Positions 12,261-23,624 of a stretch of 64,000 bases of DNA are shown one piece after another (position 1 is the first letter of the stretch; each line of letters starts with the position of its first letter). The position numbers and the translations under genes are program-made. Source of the stretch: Scenedesmus sp. PABB004 (lineage: Eukaryota); the NCBI GenBank assembly GCA_014905635.1, contig JABVCE010000013.1:930001-994000 (forward strand). Reading direction: 5' to 3'. The notes below the pieces were generated by a model. It saw only the letters and a list, made by a program, of their open reading frames with translations. It was not told the DNA's origin and searched no databases.

Positions 12261-12960
12261 TTGCGGGGGGCAGCAGCGCAGAGGAGTGGGAGGTCATTCA
12301 GCTCTCAGACGACCACAAGCCGGAGCGGCCCGATGAGCAGGCGCGGCCCATCCGCTCGCAGCCGCCCCGGCGCGCCGCGCCGCCGCTGGCGTGACGCCGG
12401 GCTCACCTCTGCTGCGCCCCCGCCCGCCCGCAGCTGCGCATCGTGCTGAACGACGGCCGCGTCGCCCAGATGACGCACCCGGGCACCGGCCAGGGCGTGG
12501 GGCCGTTCCGGTGCGGCCGCGCGCGGCCGCCCGCCCGCTGTGCGCGCCCGCGCGCCGGCCCACCCGCTCAGCCCGCCAGCGCCGCGCCGCTGCTGCCGCC
12601 GCCCGCAGCGTGTGGTTCTCGCAGATGGCCTACCCGGGGCTGGCGATGTCGCGCGCGTTTGGCGACGTCCCCTGCCGCCGCATCGGCGTGACGGTCGAGC
12701 CGCAGCTCAGCGTGCACCGCCTCGTCCCGCACGCCGACGTGCTGCTGGTCGTCGCGAGCGACGGCGTGTGGGAGTACCTGACCAACGAGCAGGCGCTCGC
12801 GCTCGCGGGCGGCGCGCGCAGCGCTGAGGCGGGCGCGCGCGCGCTCGTCGACGCGGCCGAGGCGGCGTGGCGCGCGGCGGAGGGCGGCACGTACGTGGAC
12901 GACATCACCGCGCTCGTGGTGCGCGCCGAGGCGCCGCCGGCGCGCGCGAGCAAGCTGTGA
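10691..12960 (+). CDS. Protein phosphatase 2C (PPM family) with polyQ inserts, 5 exons
   Basis: Motifs NQDR, AVFDGHG, DSGST(A), AWVGDSRAVLG, DHKPERPDE, GLAMSRAFGD, VASDGVWE, DDITALVV. Start codon choice is uncertain. Confidence 0.92.
11096..11158 (+). repeat. (CAG)21 coding polyQ tract; a second (CAG)15 lies at 12215-12259
   Basis: Read directly from the sequence. Confidence 0.95.
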
Positions 12961-13144
12961 AACCTCGACGGGGCGCGCCGCCGTTGAACCGCACGAAGCT
13001 TGGCGACGACAATCCCCGCCGCCAGCTCGAGCGAGCACAGACGCGACTGCTGAACCTCGCTGCGCGGGCCGAACGGCAGCGGCCGCAGCAGCAGCAGCAG
13101 CAGCAGCAGCAGCGGCGGCACCCGCGCGGGCCGCTGCCGCGCCA

Positions 13145-14806
13145 ATGGGCCGCAGACCGTGCCTGGCGCGCGCCCTGGTGCTTCTGGGGCTCTTGTGCGC
13201 CGCCCACGCAGCTCAAAAGGCAGCTGGCGCGCCCGGTGGCGCCAGCAGCGGCGGCGGCGCGGCGGACGCGCTGTTCGAGCCGCCGTGCGCCTTTCCCGGC
13301 TTTGACGCGGCGCTGGCGCGCTTTGCCAAGTCGCTGACCTTCAAGACCGTCAGCCCGGCGCCGCGCGACGCCTCGGCGACGGGACTGGCCGAGTTCACGG
13401 CCCTGACCGACTGGCTGCGCGCCGCGTTCCCGGCCGTCTTTGCCCGCCTCGCCGTGGAGCGCCTCGGCGACGGCGGCGCGAGCCTGCTGCTCACGTGGGC
13501 GGGCTCCGAGCCGGGCCTGCGCCCGGTGCTGTTCGTGAGCCACTCGGACGTCGTCCCCGCGCCGCCGGAGGGCTGGACGCACCCGCCCTTTGCCGGCGTC
13601 GTCGACGCGCAGGGCGTGGTGTGGGGCCGCGGCGCGATCGACGTAAAGAGCAGCCTCGTAGGCCTGCTCGAGGCCGCGGCGGCGCTGCACGACGAGGGCT
13701 TCGCGCCGCGCCGCACGCTGCTGCTCGCGTTCGGGCACGACGAGGAGACCGGCGGCCGCGGCGGCGCGGCGGCGATCGCGGCGGCGCTCGCGGCGCGGCG
13801 CACGCAGCTGGAGATGATCTGGGACGAGGGCGGCACGCTCGTCGTCGGCGCGCTGCCCGGCCCGCTCGCGGCGCGGCCGCTCGCGCTCGTGGCGACGGCG
13901 GAGAAGACCTACACCAGCGTGCACGTCCGCCTGCGCGGCGCGGCCGGGCACAGCTCGATGCCGCGCGCCGACGGCCGCGCCGCGACCGCGCGCCTGGGGC
14001 GGCTGCTCGCCGCGGTCGGGAGCCGCCAGCCCGAGCCCCGCCTCGTGTCGCCGACGAGCGACTTTGTCGCCGGCGTCGCGGGCCTCGCGCGGCCGCGCCT
14101 CGCGGCGGCGGCGCTGCGCGCGGCGCTCGCCGCACCGGGCGCGCACCGGGTCGTCGCGGGCGCGCTCGCGCGCGCGGGCGGCGAGGTCGCTGCGATGGTG
14201 CGCAGCACGGCCGCGGTCACGCGCGCGTCTGCGGGCGTCGCGAGCAACGTGGTGCCGGGCGAGGCCGAGGCGGTGATCAATTTCCGGCTCCTCCCGGGCG
14301 AGGGCCCCGACGAGGCGCTCGCCCACACGCGCCACTTCCTCGGGCTGGACGCCGCGCACGCGCGCCTGACGCACCTCGAGGGCGACGGCGGCGCGCCGCC
14401 GCGCGGCGCGGCGCCCGCGCGCGCCGCGCCGCCGGGCGGGCGGCACTTTGCGCTCGTCGCGGCCGCGGCGCGCGCGGGCTGGGTCCCGCGCCGCGGCGCC
14501 GGCCCCGACCGCGAGCTGCCGGTGCTGCCGTACCTGCTGTCGGGCGGCACCGACTCGAAGCACTACACCAACTTGACCGCCAACGTCCTGCGCTTCCTGC
14601 CCGTGCTGCTCAACATCAGCGGCGGCGACGCGGGGCGCATCCACGGAGTCGACGAGCGCTTGCACGCCGCGGACTACGCGCGGCTGCTCTGCACGCTCCG
14701 CGCCGGCCTGCGCCTCGCGGGGAGCCTGCCGGCGCAGGAGGAGGGCAGGCGCGGCGCGCCGGGGAGCGAGCGGAGCGACGGGCGCGGCGAGCGGCAGGAG
14801 CTGTGA
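13145..14806 (+). CDS. M20 metallopeptidase/amidohydrolase (PM20D1 / carboxypeptidase S-like), signal peptide, intronless, 553 aa
   Basis: SHSDVVP, GRGAIDVK, FGHDEE, DEGG, GHSSMP, GGTDS and IHGVDER metal/catalytic motifs; hydrophobic N-terminus LARALVLLGLLCAAHA. Confidence 0.92.
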   Translation: MGRRPCLARALVLLGLLCAAHAAQKAAGAPGGASSGGGAADALFEPPCAFPGFDAALARFAKSLTFKTVSPAPRDASATGLAEFTALTDWLRAAFPAVFARLAVERLGDGGASLLLTWAGSEPGLRPVLFVSHSDVVPAPPEGWTHPPFAGVVDAQGVVWGRGAIDVKSSLVGLLEAAAALHDEGFAPRRTLLLAFGHDEETGGRGGAAAIAAALAARRTQLEMIWDEGGTLVVGALPGPLAARPLALVATAEKTYTSVHVRLRGAAGHSSMPRADGRAATARLGRLLAAVGSRQPEPRLVSPTSDFVAGVAGLARPRLAAAALRAALAAPGAHRVVAGALARAGGEVAAMVRSTAAVTRASAGVASNVVPGEAEAVINFRLLPGEGPDEALAHTRHFLGLDAAHARLTHLEGDGGAPPRGAAPARAAPPGGRHFALVAAAARAGWVPRRGAGPDRELPVLPYLLSGGTDSKHYTNLTANVLRFLPVLLNISGGDAGRIHGVDERLHAADYARLLCTLRAGLRLAGSLPAQEEGRRGAPGSERSDGRGERQEL

Positions 14807-14890
14807 ACCATGCGGGGCGTTCCATCCCGGCCGCGCGGGCCCGGCGGCGCGCGTCGCAGCGCGCAGCACGCCCCGCGCGCACGGCCGCGC

Positions 14891-15637
14891 TCACGACGCG
14901 CCGCCGCCGCCGCCGCCGGCGCCGCGCTGCTCCAGCGCCGCGCGCGCCGCCGCCGCAGCAGGCTGCCGCTGCCGCCGCCGCCGCGCGCCGCGAGCGCCGC
15001 CGCCGCGGCGCCGCCGCCGCCCCCGGCAGCGCCTGCTGCTGCTGCGCCGCGCGCGACTGCTGCTTGAGCTCGTGCCAGCGGTGGCGGTAGATGAGGCCGA
15101 CGCGGAACTTCAGGTCCGACGCGCGGTCGCTGTGCAGCAGCGAGTCCGGCGTCTTGAGCAGATACCGGTCCAGCCCGCCCGCGCGGTCGATCGCCCTGCC
15201 GGCGCGGGCGCGGGCGCGGCGGGCGCGTGGGCGCGTCGGTGCAGGCGCGGGCGCGACCGCGGGCGCGGGCGGTTGGTGCGTGTGCGGGCGCGGGCGGCGC
15301 CGCACTTGAGCGCGGTGGTCGTGACGTGCAGCTGCACCTTCTCGCCCAGCGCCTGGCTGAAGAGCCGCTTCTTGACGACGTGCGGCTTGCGCAGCTTGCG
15401 GCTCCTGCACCGGGGTCGCCGCGCGGCGCGCGTGGGCGTGCGTGCGCGCCGCAGCGGCCGGCGCGCCGCAGCGGCCGCGCCGCAGCGGCCGCGCCGGCTG
15501 CGGCAGCCGCACCGGACTTCGTAGTCGCGCGACACGCGGTTGACCACGTCGATGCGCTTGCCCGCGTACAGACCCGACCGCGCCTTGGCGGGGATGTGGG
15601 GCACCGCGCGCAGCAGGTAGCCCACCGGGTGCGGCAT
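14891..15637 (-). CDS. MRPL28: Mitochondrial ribosomal protein bL28m, 3 exons; exact C-terminus uncertain
   Basis: ARSGLYAGKRI...NRVS / RKLRKPHVVKKRLFSQALGEKVQLHVTTTALK / AIDRAGGLDRYLLKTP. As assembled, the frame runs on to 14616. A more natural end ([16 protein letters not shown]) at 14891 requires indels. Confidence 0.85.
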
Positions 15638-16207
15638 GGCGCCGCCGCCGCTGCTGCTGCTGCTGCTGCCGCCGCTGCTGCCGCTGCCGCCGCCGCGGTC
15701 CGCGAGGCCGCGCAGAGACGCCCGAGATCACGGGCGACGGCGGTCGGGCCCCGGCGAGGACGGCGCGGCGGAGCGCGGAGCGCGCGGCAGGATCGCGTGC
15801 GGGCGGCGCCCGAGGCGCACGACGGGCGGCTGGAGCTAGACGTCGGTGATGCTAGTGGTGCGGACACTGCGCTGGCCGGCGCGCGCGGGCAGCGCCGGCC
15901 TGGAGAGCCAGCGCCGTGCCCTCACATCTTGCACCGCCGCGCTGCGCCGCCGCTGCCGCCGCCGCATTGCCCCACGGCGCGCCTGGCACGTCCGGGACAG
16001 AGCCAGTCCCTCGCCCTCGATCACAGCCCGTCCGCTGTCCCTCCAGCCGCGCCTCGCGCGCCGGGCCGGGCAAGAGCAGCAGCGGCGGCGCCGAGCGCGA
16101 CGCGCCGCCCGCTGCCGCGCGCCCGCGAGGCGCCGCGCCGCTCCCCGCGTGACGCAGCAGCGCCTCCTCGTGCGACTTCGGTATCAGCCTCCCGGCGGCG
16201 CGCGAGC

Positions 16208-17980
16208 ATGGCGACCCCGGAGGGGAGCTCGCCGCGCAGCGGCAGCGGCGGCAAGCGCCGCACCGCCGCGCCCTTCCTCATCGGCGTCGCTGGCGGCACC
16301 GCGAGCGGCAAGACCACGGTCTGCAGCCGCATCATGCACCGCCTGAACGACCAGGCGATCGCGCTCATCCACCAGGACAGGTGCGCGGCGGGGCGGTTGG
16401 CGCCGCCAGCCGCCGGCCGCGGCCGCCGGCCGCCGGCGGCTGCCGCGCCCACCGCCGCCCCCCGCCCGCCCGCTCCCGCCCGAAGCTTCTACCGGCCGCT
16501 CACCGACGAGGAGCGCCGCGACGTGTCCTGTGAGCCAGCCCGGCCCGCGCGGCGGCCGCCGCCGGCCGCCGGCCGCCAGCCGCCGCTGCCCCACCCGGCA
16601 CCCGCCCGCCCCCGCGCCGCCCGCGGACGCGCAGCATACAACTTTGACCACCCGGACGCGTTTGACCACGACAGCCTGATGCGCTGCCTCGCCGACCTCC
16701 AGGCGCGTCGGCGGCGCCGCGCGGCGAAGCGCGGCCCGCGCCGCCCCGCCGACCCGCAGCTGCCCACCCGCGCGCCCGCGCGCCCGCCCGTCCAGGCGGG
16801 GCGCAGCGTGGAGGTCCCCGTCTACGACTTTGCCCGCCACGCGCGCAGCAGTGAAGTGCGAAAGGTGCGCGCCGCGGCCGCCGCCGCGCCTGCCCCGGCC
16901 CGCGCGGCGGCGCCCGCCTGGTGGGCCCCGCACGCCCCACAAAGCCGCCGTTGCCGCCGGCACCGACCCCGCCAGGTCGAGCCGGCCGACGTGGTGATCG
17001 TGGAGGGCATCCTGGTGCTGCACGTGCCGGAGCTGCGCGCCGCGCTCAACATGCGGGTCTACGTCGACACAGGTGACCCGCGGCCGGGCGGGCGGGCGGG
17101 CCGCTTGTGGTTGAGCTGCGTCTGCGTGTTCCAGCTGCGCTTGCTTGCCGGTTGCCGCGCGCGCGCCCGGGCCCGCGCCCACGCCGCGCCGCGCCGCCGC
17201 ACCCGCCGCCCGCCGCGCGCACGCGCGCAGACGACGACGTGCGCCTCGCGCGCCGCATCCAGCGCGACGTGCAGGCGCGCGGGCGGGACGTCGCGGGCGT
17301 GATCGAGCAGTACACGCGCTTCGTCAAGCCCAGCTTTGACCAGTTTGTCGCGCCCAGTCGGCGCTTTGCCGACGTCATCATCCCCTGGCAGCGCGGCGAC
17401 AACATTGTGGCGATCGACGTCATCACCGAGCACATCCGCACCAAGCTCCAGCAGCACAGGCGCGCGTGGCGGGGCGCGCGACGTGCTCGCTCCCGCGCGG
17501 CGCCCCGCCCGCGGCCCCGCGCCGCTCACGCCGCTGACGCCGCTCACGCCGCCCACGCGCCGCCCGCCGCGCCCTGGCGCCTGGCGCAGCCTGCGCCGCA
17601 TCTACCCAAACCTCGAGGTCATGCCCTCAAACTACCAGGCGCGCGCCTAAACCCCAGCCACCGACGCGCGCGAGCCGCTAAACCCCCACCCGGCTGGCGC
17701 GCCGCGCCCTCGGCCCGCGTGCCTGGGAGCCGTTCGGGCCTGGGGTCCTGGCCCCCGCCCCGCGCCCTGAACCCCGGCGGCCGCCGCAGATCCGGGGCAT
17801 GCACACCATCCTCCGCGACGCGTCGACGTCCAAGAACGACTTTGTGTTTTACGCCGACCGCCTGAACCGCCTCGTCGTCGAGGCGGGGCTCGGGCTGCTG
17901 CCGTTCAGCGAAAAGACGATCGTCACGCCCACGGGTGCGTCGCCCGCGCCGCCGCCGGGGGCCGCGGCGGCGCGCGCGCA

Positions 17981-18023
<43 letters not shown>

Positions 18024-19330
18024 GGCGAGCCGGCCGCGGCGCGCTGACGCGCCCCGGCGCCGGCGCCGCGCAGGGCACGCGTACGTCGGCGTCGACTTTG
18101 CGCGCAAGCTCTGCGGCGTCTCCATCATACGCAGCGGTGGGTGCGGGGGGGGGGGGGGGGGGCGCGGCGCCGCGCGCGCGCCCGCGCGCTCGCGGCGCCC
18201 ACGCCGCCGCCGCACCCGCCGCCGCGCCCGCTGCGCCCGCCGCCGCGCGCGCAGGCGAGTCGATGGAGGCGGCGCTGCGCACGTGCTGCAAGGGCATCAA
18301 GATCGGCAAGATCCTGGTGGTCCGGCACCACGGGCAGCCGCTTAACGGCGGCACGAGCCGGGCCAGCTCCACGTGCGTGTCGCCGCTGCTCGGGCCGAGC
18401 GCGGCGGCGGCGGCGGGCGGCAGCGGCAGCTGGGCGGGGCCGGCGCCGAGCCCGCGCAGCCCCCCCACACCCAGCGGCGGCCAGCAGCAGCAGCAGCAGC
18501 AGCTGCAGCAGGGGCAGGGCCAGCAGCAGCAGCGGCAGGGGCAGGGGCAGGGGCAGCAGCGGCAGGGGCAGCAAGGGCAGCAGCCGCCGCCGTCGCAGCA
18601 GCCGCATCAGCAGCAGGCGGCGCCGCCGCTCGCCGGCGGCGGCGGCGGCGGCGGGCGGGGCGGCGACGCCGGCGCCGGCGCCGCGGCACTGCGCGCGCTG
18701 GGGCGCAGCACCGAGGGCGCGGCGCTGTCGGCAGCGACCGCCGCGTTTGGTGGCCTGGGCCTGCTGAGCCCGGGGAGCCAGGACGTGATCTACGAGAAGC
18801 TCCCAGCCGACATCGCGCAGCGCCACGTGCTGCTCATGGACCCCGGTGCGGCGCCGGCGCGCGCGCGGGCGCGCGCACGCGCACTACCCGCCACGCCCCG
18901 CCGCGCGCCGCCTCGCCTCAGACGCGCGCCTACGCGCGCCGCCGCCGCCGCCGCCGCGCCCGCCGCGGCGCAGTGCTGTCGACGGGCAACAGCGCGTGCC
19001 GCGCGGTCGAGGTGCTGCTCGACCGCGGCGTGGCGGAGGAGCGCGTCTTCCTGCTCAGCATCATCGCCGCGCCAGAGGGCATACGCCGCGTGTGCGGCCG
19101 CTTCCCCGCGATGCGCCTCGTCACGAGGCGCGCGGCGCGCCGCGCGGGGCGGCGCGCAGCGTGCTGCGCGCAGCGTGCTGCGCCCGCGCGACGTGCCTGC
19201 GCCAACGCGCCCGCGCCGCCGCGCCCACGCCGCCGCGCCGCCGCGCAGCGAGATTGACGACGGCGTCGACGAGCACTTTGCGGTGGTGCCGGGCTGCGGC
19301 GAGTTTGGCGACCGCTACTTTTGCGAGTGA
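16208..19330 (+). CDS. UKL: Uridine kinase / uracil phosphoribosyltransferase-like fusion, about 12 introns
   Basis: [92 protein letters not shown]. Confidence 0.95.
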
Positions 19331-19549
19331 GCGGCAGTTTTCGCGCGTGCAGAGGTCGTCGACGGCTCGTGAACGGCTCGCGCTTGGTCCCGGCGCGGCG
19401 CGACTCGGCTGGGCCTGCGCGTGAACAGCCAACCCCCGGTTGCTAGCGAAGCGGCTGCGCGGTCTAGGCGGGGCGGTGTTCTGCGGCGCGGTGAAAGCCC
19501 CAGCTGCTGACTCGGAAGACCGCCCGCCGACTCGGAGGGCCGCTGCGCG

Positions 19550-19554
19550 TTACA
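19550..19554 (-). promoter_or_regulatory. TGTAA polyadenylation signal of the plastid L33 gene
   Basis: TTACA on the + strand, about 450 nt downstream of the L33 stop; TGTAA is the established chlorophyte signal. Confidence 0.55.
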
Positions 19555-20003
19555 ACTCCTGCGCGCCGCTGCGCGCAAGTCGACGCTGCTGCGGCCAGAG
19601 ACAGAGAGACGCACTCCCGCGGCGGTGCGCCGCCCCACAAAGTCACAGCCGCCCCACGGCGGCGCGCTCCGAGCGCTGCCGGTCAGCCCCCCAGCCAGCT
19701 TCCGCCTCCCCGCGCCCCTGACCCCGCCAGCCCTGTGGGCAGCAGGCAGGCGGCGGCGATGGCGTGGGCGCGGGGTCGCCGCGCCGCGCCGCGCGGCCGG
19801 CAGAGGCAGGCGGCCGCCATGCGCCGCAGCCGCTCGCGCCGCGCCGCGCCGCAGAGCGTGCCGGCCGGCGCCGCGCGGGCGCTGCCGCTGCGCGGTCGCC
19901 GCACGCGGCGCCTGCCGCCGCCGCGCCGCCGCGCCGCCGCGCCGCCGCGGCGCACCTCCTGTGCCGCCCGCTGCTGCTGCTGCTGCTCCGCGCCGCGGGG
20001 CGC

Positions 20004-20445
20004 CTACTTGACCTCGCGGTGCACGGTGTAGCGCTTCAAGCTCGGGTTGTACTTCTTGAGCTCCAGGCGCTCCGGCGTGTTGCGCCGGTTCTGCGGGCCG
20101 CGCCGCGCGTGGCGGGCGTCGGCGGCCGCCGGGCTGCAGCAGCCACAGCCGTCGCCCGCGCGCAGCCGCCGCCCCTGCCGCGCCCCGCCCGCCCCGCCCG
20201 GCGCCGCGCTGCCGCCCGGCGCCCGTCCGCACCTTCTGCGTGCAGTAGCGGCTGGGCGTGGCGCCAATGGCGCGCGCCTCGGTGCACTCCAGGGTGACGA
20301 TGATGCGGACGCCCTTCTTCTTGGCCATCGTCGTGACCTGGCGGAACGCGCCCGGCGCGACCGTGGGGGCGGCAACCACGCGGTAGCCCAGGCGCTGGCC
20401 CGCGAGCGGGTTGGCCAGGGGGGAGCGGATGGTGGCGGTCTGCAT
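20004..20445 (-). CDS. RPL33: Nucleus-encoded plastid ribosomal protein bL33c with transit peptide, 2 exons (intron 20232-20091)
   Basis: [13 protein letters not shown]...(transit)...[17 protein letters not shown]...YCTQK / [28 protein letters not shown]. Confidence 0.95.
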
Positions 20446-20900
20446 GGTGGCGGCCTGCGCGCGACGGCCCTCCGGCGCAGCGCGGGCGTGCGGGGGCGTG
20501 CTGGTGGACGGATGGGCGTGCGGGGAGATGGCCCGGGGGGGCGCCAATTGTTGCTGCCAGGGCGCGGCAGCCAGGGCCCCGCAAAAAAGCACACACAATG
20601 CACGAGCAGTTCGCTCCGCGAGTGATCAGTGTCCTCCACCCGCCGGCCGACCGGGCCCGTGTGAGCTGCCGCCACCGCCGGCGGCGCACAGCAGCGGCGG
20701 CGCCCGCCGCGGGGCATCGGGCCAGCGCCGCGCGCCGCACGCGCCTGCAGCCTGCCCACGGCCCCCCAGCACCGCGACCGACCGACCCAGCCGGCGGCGC
20801 TCACCGCGGCGGCGCACACCGCGGGCGGGCGGGCGCGCAGCAGCGGGCGCCCCGGCGCCGGTCGCCGCGGCGCGGCGCGCCAGGCCCTCCCTCCGCCGCC

Positions 20901-23363
20901 ATGGCCACCACCGCGCCGGCGCCGGCGCCGGTGCCGTCGTCGGGCGCGGCGGCGGCGGCGCTCGCGATCTTCTGCGCCGTCGTCGCCGCGACGCTCGGCC
21001 TCGTGCTGCGCCCTGTGAGCCTGCCCCTCCCGCGCACGGCGCGCCGCCTGCGCCTGCACTACGCCGCCGCGCCGCCGGCCGGCGTGGCGCTGATGCTCGC
21101 GACCGGCGCGCTGGACTGGCGCGGCCTCGCGGCGGGCATAGTTGGTGATGATTCGCTGCAGCCTTACGCCATCGTCATCATCTTCATGGCCCTCGCCTAC
21201 GTGTCAACCAGCGTCGACGCGACCGGCTGCTTCGCCTGGCTCGCGCTGGTGCGGCGGCGGGGGACTGGCGACGGGGCCGGCCAGGGGCCGCGGCGCGCGG
21301 CCGCCGACCGCCCGCCGCGCACCCGCGCACCCATGCCGCCGCCGCAACGCAGCACGTGACGCGCCTCTCCCGCGGCCGCGGCCACGTGCTGGTACGCGCG
21401 CGCGCGCCCGTGCACCAGCCGCCCGCCCGCCCGCCCGCGCGGCCGCCCCACCCGGTCACCCGCCGCGCCGCCGCCAGTTCCTCCTCTATTTTGGCATTGC
21501 CTCTCTCATCACTGTCTTCACTAGCAACGACATCGCCATCATGACCCTGACGGTGCGGCCCGCCCGCCGCCCGCCGCCCGCGCCGCCCGCGCCGCCTGCA
21601 CCCACCACCACCCGCGCCGGCCCGACCCGCCGCACCGCGCGCGCGGCGCCGGCAGCCCATCATTTGCTACTGCGCCGCCGCGACGGGCGCCGACGCGGTG
21701 CCCTTCCTTGCCGCGTCGTTCACCGCGGCCAACGTGTGGTCGATGCTGCTGTTCGTCGGTGCGGCGCCGCGGGGGCGCGGGCGGGGCGCGGGTGAGCGCC
21801 CGCGGCGCCCACGCGCGCGGCGCGACCCGCTCCCCGCGCGCGACGCGCTGCCGCCGCTGCCGCCGCCGCCGCTGCGCTCAGGCAATCCGACGAACATCAT
21901 TGTTGCGACGGCGTACCGCATGGGCTTTGCAGACTACAGCCGGTGGATGGCCCTGCCGACGCTCGGTGAGTGAGCAGCAGCCGCGCGGCCGCGGGTGGGC
22001 GGCGCGTGCGCGCCAAGGCACGCGGTGGCGGCGCGCGCGCCGACACCCGCCCGCCCTCCCCCGCCCACACCGCTGCGCGCCGCCGCAGCCGCGGGGCTCG
22101 CGTGCCTGTGCGCGCTGCTGGCGGAGCACCTGCGGCGCGTGCCGGCGCGCCTCGCCCTGCCCGCTCTCGCGCCGGGCGCGATGCTGACCGACGCGCCCGG
22201 CGCGGCGCTCGGCGCCGCCAACATCCTCGGCTGCCTCGCCCTGCTCGCCGCGGCGCCGTCGCTGGGCTGGGAGCTGTGGCCCGTGACGCTCGTGTCGGCC
22301 GGCCTGCAGGCGGCGTACAACTTTGTGGCGTACGTCGCGTTCAGGGGCCGCTGGTGCCGGGCGCCGGCGCCGGCCGCGGCAGAGGCAGTCGCGGCCGCGG
22401 CGGCGGCGGGGGACGGCGCCGGGCGCGGCGGCAAGGACGCTGCGCCGGGGCTGGAGCTGGCACAGCAGCAGCAGCAGCGGCAGCAGCGCGGGCGGCAGGA
22501 GCCGCCGAGCGCGGCCGGCGAGCCCTGCAGGGGCGAGCCGGCGCTGTGGCCGGCGGCGCCCGCCGCGGCCGCGCCGGGCAGCGAGGCGGCGGACGTGCAG
22601 GTCGACGTCAGCGGCGGCAGCGCGAGCGGCAGCCTACAGCGGCCGGCGGTGAAGCATGGCGGCGCGGCGGCGGCGGGCGCCGGGCCGAGCGGGCAGCCGC
22701 CGCCGGCGCCGCCAGAGCCCGCCGCCTCCGGCGCCGAGCTGCTGGCGGCGGTGCAGCGGCCGGGTTTCCTGCGCGTGTGGGCCGCCCTGCCGTGGGAGGT
22801 GGTGCGTGGCGGGGCGCCGGGCGGCGCCGGCGCTGCCCGCCGCGCGCCCGCTGGCCGCCCGCCGCTGACCGTCGCTGACTGCCCGCCGGTCAACCGTGCT
22901 GCAGGTCCCCTTTGTGCTCGGCATGTTTGTGCTGTGCGAGGGCCTCGACGCGACCGGCTGGGTCGGCGCGCTCGCGGCGCGCCTCGCGGCGGGCCTCGGC
23001 GGCAGCGTCTGGGCGTCGCTCTGTGGCGTCGGCGCGCTCGGCGTGGTGCTGAGCAACCTGATGAACAACCAGCCCGCCACCATCCTGCTCACGCGCGTGA
23101 CGCTCAGCGCCGCGTTTGTGCGCGGCGCGGCCGCGCCGCGCGCGCCGCTCGCGGCGGGGCTCGCCGTCGTGGTCGCCTCCAACACGGCCGCCAACTTCAC
23201 GGTCATGGGTTCGCTGGCGGGCGTCATGTTCATCCACATCCTACGCCGCCATGGCGTGCCAGGCGTCGGTCACGCGGCCTTCACGCGCCTCATGGCGCCA
23301 TCGGGCGCCGCGGCCGCCGCGGCCGCGCTCGCAGTGCTCGGCGGGGAGCTGTCCACCTGGTGA
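20901..23363 (+). CDS. ArsB/NhaD (ion transporter superfamily) permease, putative arsenite/metalloid efflux protein, about 7 exons
   Basis: [87 protein letters not shown]; many TM segments; a 39-nt micro-exon near 21353-21391. Confidence 0.85.
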
Positions 23364-23624
23364 CAGCGGCGCGGGGCTCGCGACGGCGGCGGCGGTCGCG
23401 GGCGGCGGCGGCAGGGCGCAGCAGCGCTGCGCCCTGGTGGTTGCGACTGGCCGCTCGGGCCCTCGCGCTCGCGCCCGGCGCACGCTGTCAATGCGCCATA
23501 GCACCCGCGCTCACGCGAGCAGGCAGGGACCGCCCCGCGCCAAGCGCACCGCCGGGCATCGATGGGCGCGTAGCTCCCCGCGCAGCAGCCAATTAGATCC
23601 CCTTTAGCCGCGGGCTCGGGCGTC

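Noticed and set aside
14616..14806. Apparent antisense coding overlap of bL28m with the M20 peptidase
   Set aside because: The extended bL28m frame is Arg-rich shadow-like sequence; indel errors with a true stop near 14891 are more plausible.
17645..17776. Three CT(A/G)AACCCC motifs in a UKL intron resembling telomeric or telo-box repeats
   Set aside because: Not tandem and not an exact CCCTAAA repeat; could equally be branch-point-like sequence.
20004..20445. Nuclear rpl33 as a novel endosymbiotic gene transfer
   Set aside because: Nuclear location of rpl33 is the expected state in chlorophytes.
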